A stretch of 62,192 bases of DNA, filler included, from Squatina squatina (taxonomy: Eukaryota), in assembly GCA_031763465.1 (NCBI GenBank). It is 3 parts of 3 records of this genome, joined end to end, with 100 filler letters (N's around TTAATTAATTAA, not from the genome) between each part and the next. Parts side by side here need not be neighbours in the genome. Positions count along the whole stretch, not along the records: positions 43,838 to 62,192 come from JARFOE010000001.1; 2 more parts are not named here. One strand, 5' to 3'. Every line of letters starts with the position of its first letter. Within the stretch, counting starts at the first letter, position 1. This document shows positions 54,472 to 62,192 of this stretch, in pieces. Made by a program: the position numbers and the translations under genes. Under the pieces are notes generated by a model. That model had not been told where the DNA came from and searched no databases. It saw only the letters and a list, made by a program, of their open reading frames with translations.

Positions 54472-55759
54472 TATGCCTTTTGATGAGCAGCAGCAGCAAG
54501 ATTGATCACAACAGTTTGCCCAGGCCGTGTGTTTATTTCGTCTCAAATTGCTGTCTCCTCACTCCTTTCAAAGGCAGCGCAGTTCTGGCCTCAAGTGTCC
54601 CTTTCTCATTATCATGCAGTCTTTCTGTGTGACGCACACTTTGAGTTCCAGCAATGCTGAATGCAGATGAACTCACAAGCAGGCCAGAAAACTTACTCTA
54701 CATGGAGGGTAGCTTGAAGGACAATTCCACCTTTCACAGCACACAACATGTATCTTCCGCAAAGGCCGAACCATATGATTCACACACAAAGGGTGGTCTA
54801 TAATGGCTAAGTCGAGCAACTGCTGCCAGCTGCTGCCTATGATGTTGGTAAATACAGTACAGAAGGGTGGAGCTCAGAGCTGTTGAAAACAACTGCTTAA
54901 TTCTAGCTACCAGAGAAATATAAATGCACAGAGTGGAACCACCAGAACACCTCTCCTTGCATTGCCTTGTACAACTGACAACCTTTCACAAAGTCACCAC
55001 TGAAGTACATTCTTTGGGACTGCTAGCTTCTGAAAAGCCTGGCTCCAGTGTCTCTTCACAGCAGTACATTACTTCCTACAGCACTGCCCACCACCCAGTC
55101 AATAATCAGCGACTTCTCAGCATGTTTGTGGTGACGCAGGATACAGCGTCCCACTTAATCTACCAAAGATAATGCTAGCTGCCTGGCTTTTGTTTGAGGG
55201 GGGGGGGGAGGGAGGGAGTAGGGTGATGCAATCAATACTGTGGTTTTTCAGCCTATCGTGCAGCATTTCAGCTTACCTCACTTAACATTTCTTTCCTCCC
55301 CAGCTGCTTAAACAAAATTTCTCTCATTTCACAATTTGAGGTAGAACAGAAGCAGATTACAATGTTACAACCATCATAAAAGTATTTTTACACAGTTGAT
55401 TTTAACTATATAACGGCACATACCATTTTAAGAAAACATTTTGTCTGTTGTTAAATCTTAAACTCAGAAGAAATTTATATAGAGCAGTACAGTTGGTCTT
55501 CACACTGAAAATCCAATGAGTGGCCCCATCCCAATCCTGGTGGCTCGGAATCACCCTTAAAAGCACTGAGTTTGCATTGTAAGGTCACACGCGCAAAGTA
55601 CCAGTTGTAATTTTCCTTCCACTAACAGAAGACATAATTATCATTGTCTCCAAGTGAGGAACATGTTAATAAGCCATCCTTTTACCACTGGGGCTTAGGT
55701 TAGTTCCAGCTCAAACACATTCAAGGATGTTTTTTATGTGGTGTGTGTCCTGCTGCAGT

Positions 55760-55995
55760 AGATATGGTTTTCACATCGAGCTTCTCTGGCGGGAGCACGC
55801 GGAGGCTAAACGCAAGCAGTGGAAGGAGCGCGCGGAAACCCGAGCATCCCAACCTCTCGCCACATCAAACACCACCTGCCCCACCTGTGGTCGAGTTTGC
55901 GGATCCAGTATAGGACTATTCAGTCACCTCAGAATCCACAACTCCAGAGTGGAACCAAGTCATCCTCGCCCCCAAGGGACTGCCTAAGATGAAGA
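55760..55995 (+). mobile_element. RTE-clade LINE 3' end with C2H2 motif
   Basis: REHAEAKRKQWKER...CPTCGRVCGSSIGLFSHLRIH followed by an AAGATG-repeat tail. Confidence 0.8.
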
Positions 55996-56537
55996 TGCTT
56001 TTTAAAGGCTTGGGATAACGAGTGGGGCAATAGGAGTTTATTATTGCATCCGACGCATGCAATACATGGCTCCTTGGTTGCTGACTATACCTTTAGATTA
56101 AAAAGTGGAAAATGCTCTGTTCTGCAGTTTATCGCAATGAACAAGGCTTTGTATGATGTAGAAAGAACTAGGGCGCCCAAGCTTTTCTAAGTTTGTAGCG
56201 CCACGGGACCAAAATCTACAATTTTAGCGCCCATTTAGCGCCACCCCTTTAAGTCGTTGAATTGGAGTCTTTGAAAAAAAAATTATGGCAACTTATAAAA
56301 TGTGCTATTTTGAGCGCTAATCAGTCCCTCATGGGCGCTAATTCACGCAGACACAATTCAGCAGGCCAATTGCACAAACGGTCTAATGGCCAGCAATCAA
56401 CTCTCAGCCCAGCTCAGCCCATAAAGGTGCTCGTTTTTCAAACACAGGCACTGCTTTGGTCAGTGCAGGAGGCCTTTGTCAGAATCAGTCCTGTATTGTG
56501 TGTGTGAGTTTTTGTAGTGTCTGCCTGAGAGTCACCC

Positions 56538-56745
56538 ATGGCAGCTGAGTTGTCGAGGAGGGCAAGATCCCGAAAGTTCTCCAAGCCAGGCCTTGAGGCG
56601 CTGGTCTCAGCTGTGGCCAGAAAGACGCAAGCCCTGTTCACACAAGCTGGAAGAAGGGGAAGCATAAGGATGGTACACCATTCCTGGAAGGAGGTCGCAG
56701 CAGAAGTGTCAGCCACTGATGTGGCACCAAGGAGTGGCACGCAGT
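56538..56745 (+). mobile_element. Harbinger-type Myb/SANT DNA-binding ORF, 5' part (cut off by a gap)
   Basis: RARSRKFSKPGLEALVSAV...WKEVAAEVSATDVAPRSGTQ fits the R-x2-FS...LV...W-x2-VA-x2-V...PR pattern of Harbinger Myb/SANT proteins. Confidence 0.75.
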
Positions 56746-58179
56746 NNNNNNNNNNNNNNNNNNNNNNNNNNNNNNNNNNNNNNNNNNNNNNNNNNNNNNN
56801 NNNNNNNNNNNNNNNNNNNNNNNNNNNNNNNNNNNNNNNNNNNNNTAGCATCCTCAAAACCTACAATGAAACGGTGTTCTGAACAGCACGGAAACCAGGG
56901 CGCGATTAAACAACGCAGTTTGGTTAAAAGCCACGACCGTGGGGGTACTGCGTATGCCCGATTAGCGCACACAAGGACCATTTCTCCCGAGCCTCCAGCA
57001 GCAGCATTGGGAGACCAATCGCCCATTTGGATAGGCACCCGCCGAAAGAGTGGAGGTTGTGAAACCTACATGGCCGTGAAGCTAAAACCCCTTGGCTGTA
57101 AAATATCTTTGTCGTGTATACCTCTGTAGGTAGGTTTCGGATTTGGTTTAATCTCATGTGATTAAAGTTTTTGGTTTCTTTTTACAGAATAAATGGTTAA
57201 AGTTGTTCATTCCCAGGAGTGGTTTAGAGTTTGAAGTGTCAGGAGCTATTTTAGCCGACACTATGGTTCAATTCTTTGCTGAAACACAGGATCTAAGAAT
57301 CGTGACCTTCTTTGTGGCCACGGTAAGTGTTACTCATGGTATGGAACAATGGTTAACAGGATACAGCGCGTGTCATCTGTTGTTTTCAAAGAAATACATC
57401 CTTTCAAAGAGCCTTGTTCAGTAACACCTGTCATTGATGAGTGATTGTTACTGACATTGTTTCGTGAGAATCCCACTGTAAAGATTCCAAGCTTTTCTGT
57501 ACAATTTGTAGAGAAAAATCAGCAGTGGCAGAAGCAACAAGGAGTTCTCCACCCAGCAATAGATCACAAGGCCATTAATGGTTTCAGTTATAATAGTACA
57601 CGAGATGGAGGTCAAATGTACGATTTGATTTACTAGCTCACAGTAATGGTGCGGACAGGAGAAATCTCCGAAGTTGCTAGGGTCTTTTAGAGGGGAGTTC
57701 TGGCAGCACTGAAGAGGAAGGAGGCACAGAGTATCTGGGCTTACCTCCCCGAGCCGGTTCCAGGACCATCCAAGCGCAGCACCACCATGGCTCCTAGCCT
57801 GAAGCCGGTTTTAAATCAGAAATGTATTTTAATTGATGACTGTACATGGCAACTAAAACAGCTGTAACTAATTAGAATATCTACAATCAGTTGGCACAGA
57901 TGATGTAATTACCTTATTAAATACAAAGGCTAAAAATAAACCAATGTAGTTGATGTAATTAGCCTAGGTTATATTTTTGTGTTTCTTCTACCATCTTTAC
58001 TTGGTTTCTTTGTCTTCACTTTCCCTGATATCTCAAAATTTTAAAGTATGACCAAGATAATGCACAGAGAAACCTTTATTAGATTACTTTAGCTACATGT
58101 TCTATGAATTGCCTCATCTGGATCTTTCTCATCTCGAAAGTCAGCAAAATAGCTAACACTACTTTGTTTCAGACTTTAT

Positions 58180-58356
58180 GGGGGAAATTTTAACCTAACC
58201 CGCCAGTCGGGAAACTGACGGGACGGGGTGCAATGAGGGTTTTACAACCTGCCCAATTGTAGTCAATGGACAATAATATTGGACGGGGTGTAAATCTAGC
58301 AATTTACATAATCCAGTCAGTTTCCTGGCAGGCGAGTTAGGTTAAAATTGTTCCCC
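58180..58356. mobile_element. MITE-like element of about 177 bp with about 40-bp terminal inverted repeats
   Basis: GGGGGAAATTTTAACCTAACCCGCCAGTCGGGAAACTGAC pairs with GTCAGTTTCCTGGCAGGCGAGTTAGGTTAAAATTGTTCCCC. Confidence 0.8.
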
Positions 58357-60389
58357 AAGCATCAAACCGATTTAATGAACAGNNNNNNNNNNNNNNNNNN
58401 NNNNNNNNNNNNNNNNNNNNNNNNNNNNNNNNNNNNNNNNNNNNNNNNNNNNNNNNNNNNNNNNNNNNNNNNNNNNNNNNNNAGAATTTACCCTCGATCA
58501 ATCCGATCATTTGTACAGTAGACCAGTCTGCTATGCTTCTCCATGTGAGAAAATTAAATCTTATTCCAGATCTACCCATTTATTTCTATTTTTAACAAGA
58601 TTTTTGGAAACTAGGTTTTGTTGAAAAAAGGACTGTACAAACATTTCTACAGTTAGCACATCATACATATATAATTATCTTAAATATCAACATTCGAGAG
58701 CACATTATACTAATACTGCAACGGATATTTAACCATTATGGTCAGTGTACTATACTTTGAAGTGATAAACAAAGAAAAGTGCAATTCTGATGTACCGTTT
58801 GATGGCTGTGGTTCATATAGTTGAACTCTGGAATTCATTAAAACTTTTTCATCCATCTCTTCTTCTATTGTCTGTCCTACAGAAAGCAGACTCAAACGTC
58901 TCATTTTTAAAAGCCTGGGGACACTATCACAATCAGTAGCCCCAACATCCAAAACTACATCCCCAGATATAACAGCAGGTACTACTCGCTTAAAAAAATC
59001 CATTTTTCACTTTTTAAAATGTCCAACAAAAAAACACAGCCACTTAACTGCCTTACTCACACATGGAAGTACTCATGCAAACTTCTTCAATACATAAAGG
59101 TGGAATATTTGCAGTGGATTTCACAGTGATGTCATGCAGGAATTGGGCGGTACCTAAAAGCTGCAGGTCAACTTGCAGCTATCATCAAGCAACTTTTGGG
59201 ACACATGCCCTGCCTTGCAAACTGATAAGCATGCAGAGTACACCAAATGACAAGAAGCCTGAAGGCACATTTTAGCATAAGAAATATCTGTTAATGAAAC
59301 CACCAGAATCCACACTGGCTACAGATCGAGAATGAAGAATTATGCAATTCCTTTAAAAATCAGATATTCCAGAACCTGTCCAGGAATATGAACTTGACTT
59401 CTGTTTGCCAACTTGCATTATTCCCTCACTCAAACTCATTCATAGTGGGTGGAACATCATATCTCCAACAGTAAAAGCTGTTCTCCAGAGATAATGTGTA
59501 TCATTTTAAATGCTATGTAAACAAAGTACATCTAAATTTACAATCCAAACCATATACTTTTATTCAAAATTACAACATTTTTATCCAGCATAAAACTGTT
59601 CATGACAGAAAAATAGTACTACACCAAGTTAATCTGTGATTAAAATTTCTTCAAACACTCCTACAGCATTGCACACAATAAAACAAGATACGCTGTTCTG
59701 CAACAATGACTTGTAGTTATATAGTGCCTTTAGTGTAGAAACTGTAGAATTCAGTACAAAATGGAGAATGTTGGGCAGGCCAGTAACACAAAATGGAAGA
59801 CAGGACAACCAGGAGTANNNNNNNNNNNNNNNNNNNNNNNNNNNNNNNNNNNNNNNNNNNNNNNNNNNNNNNNNNNNNNNNNNNNNNNNNNNNNNNNNNN
59901 NNNNNNNNNNNNNNNNNCCCATGGAGCTGAAGAAAGCATGGTCTATGCTGCACTGAGCCGCAACTGTGAGGTATCGCGCATGCGCGGCACGACCTCGGTG
60001 ATGGCGCACATGCGCAGAAGGGGATCGGGCACGCACATGTGCAAAAATGGGCGGGGTCGATCGCGAGCATGCACAAAAGGGTACAAAAATATTTGTGCAG
60101 ATAATCACTTTATTAAACTATTTAAACACTCTGCGTGTGATGATGTTACTGTGTGTAAAACTATATAATTCTGACACCTTCTTCAAGAAAACGACCAGTT
60201 CTTGAAGATTACCAACAAGGTTCCCCTGTTGGCTTAGCTAGCAAATGGAAAAAAAATGGTGGAAATTAAATAGATCATAAAGTTCCCATTCAGTTGCCAA
60301 TATGTGCAGAGCTAGTTGATCTCTGGTGGTTCTCTACCGCCCACACAAGTATGATAAAATTATCATTGAGATATCTTTACTGCTTTGCT

Positions 60390-60912
60390 CCCTCAGCCTC
60401 TGCAGCGAGTGACTTCTCATCCTCGATGATTTCAACCTCCATCTCAATTCATCATGCTCTCACTCCTCTGAGTTCACTACCCTCCTATCCTCCCTTAATC
60501 TCTCCCTCCACGTGAACTCCCCAACCCATATTCATGGCCACCCCCTTGACCTTGCCATCTCTTGTGGCCCCGCTATTCCCACCATGTCAATTGCAGATAA
60601 GGCCATCTCTGACCACTTCCTTGCATCGCTCACAACCCCCTTCCCCCACCCAACCCTACTTCTTTCTGTGTCTGCCCTTGCAAAACTCTCTCCAAACCCA
60701 CTAACAGCTACACTTATGAAATCCAAAAACGTCCAGCCTTTGGCCCTCCATTCATCATGACATTTCTGCTGACACTGATCTGCTCAACCACACCCTCACC
60801 ACCACCTTTGATGTCCTAGTCCCTATTAAGACAATTAATCTCTCTCAGCCTGGCCATCACCCCTGATACGGCCCTCATCTTCGCTCCCTCAAGTCCAAGG
60901 GATGCAGACTTG
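60390..60912 (+). mobile_element. L2 LINE ORF2 endonuclease-region fragment
   Basis: HVNSPTHIHGHPLDLAIS...AISDHFL carries the PTH, LDL and SDH motifs of APE endonucleases. Frameshifted. Confidence 0.85.
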
Positions 60913-61362
60913 ANNNNNNNNNNNNNNNNNNNNNNNNNNNNNNNNNNNNNNNNNNNNNNNNNNNNNNNNNNNNNNNNNNNNNNNNNNNNNNNNNNNNNNN
61001 NNNNNNNNNNNNNNNNNNNNNNNNNNNNNNNNNNNNNNNNNNNNNNNNNNNNNNNNNNNNNNNNNNNNNNNNNNNNNNNNNNNNNNNNNNNNNNNNNNNN
61101 NNNNNNNNNNNNNNNNNNNNNNNNNNNNNNNNNNNNNNNNNNNNNNNNNNNNNNNNNNNNNNNNNNNNNNNNNNNNNNNNNNNNNNNNNNNNNNNNNNNN
61201 NNNNNNNNNNNNNNNNNNNNNNNNNNNNNNNNNNNNNNNNNNNNNNNNNNNNNNNNNNNNNNNNNNNNNNNNNNNNNNNNNNNNNNNNNNNNNNNNNNNN
61301 NNNNNNNNNNNNNNNNNNNNNNNNNNNNNNNNNNNNNNNNNNNNNNNNNNNNNNNNNNNNNN

Positions 61363-62030
61363 CGGTTTAAGTGGAGCCCACCCCAATGTAACAGCTCCCT
61401 CTTTCCCCAGTACTGATCCCATGAATCGAAACCTCTTCCTCCCACATCATTCTTTGAGCCACGCATTTAACTCTTTAATCTGCTTGTCCTTATGCCAATT
61501 TGTGTGTGGCTCAGGTAACAGTCCAGAGATTATTACCATTTGAGGTTCTGCATTTTAATTTGGACCCTAGCTCCTCAAACACTCTCAGCAGCACCTCATT
61601 CCTAGTTCCACCTATGTCGTTGGTTCCTATGTTCTCCCCCCTCCTATTCCAAATTCTTCTCCAGCCGCGAGGCGATATCCTTAACCCAGGCTCCAGACAG
61701 ATAACACAGCCTTCGGCTGCAAAGAACAGTATCTATCCCCCTGATTATACTGTCCCATACAACTACAACATTCCTTTTCATTCCCCCGACTTGAATGGCC
61801 TCTTATACCACGGTGTTGTGGTCAGTTTGGTCATCCACACAGGCAACAAGACCTTTATACTGTTAGATAAAGGCAAGGCCAATGCTCCTCCAGCACTGCA
61901 CCTGGATCCCCTTACCTGCCTGAGTTGCAGTCATACCTCCTGTACCTGACCACTAACCAGACCGGTAACACTCCCTAACCTAAGGGGTGTGATTGCCTCC
62001 TGGATCAAAATATCCAGATAACTCTCTTCC
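61363..62030 (-). mobile_element. CR1 LINE ORF1 (SGNH esterase-like) fragment
   Basis: WDQYWGKRELLHWGGLHLN corresponds to the DGLHLN motif. Degenerate. Confidence 0.75.
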
Positions 62031-62192
62031 CTCCGCCACCACCCCACTCCTGGTGAGAAAAATGCTGACTGCTACCTGCTAACGCCCCAGAAGTGCCTGG
62101 GCTGAATTGTGTCTCCTGTGTATTTAATTAACTTAGCTTATAGTTTAGTTTTTAACTAATTATTAGATCTAGTTTAAGTTTATAGGTAGATT

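Overview
Vertebrate genomic DNA, with a repeat content typical of cartilaginous fish, from a fragmented draft assembly. It has many 100-N gaps, poly-G/poly-C runs at contig ends, and two artificial N44-TTAATTAATTAA-N44 linkers (26050-26149, 43738-43837) that join three unrelated blocks. Block 1 (1-26049) is mostly LINE, SINE and Harbinger debris plus the last coding exon of TRNT1. Block 2 (26150-43737) holds, in order: a dead Harbinger transposase, two CYP2 exons, an antisense TNNI3K exon, a probable ADAM8 terminal exon, a 7.8-kb CpG-rich 31-bp minisatellite with a 3804-bp higher-order duplication, a SPEF1-family terminal exon, and the start of an NEFM-like neurofilament gene. Block 3 (43838-62192) holds six minus-strand FRYL exons, including a FRY-type first coding exon. 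The best leads are the ADAM8-SPEF1L-NEFM-like block (a possible retained neurofilament ohnolog), the motif-dense array and the extended FRYL N-terminus. Gene and repeat identities come from recalled sequences, not database searches. No prokaryotic-type system was seen.
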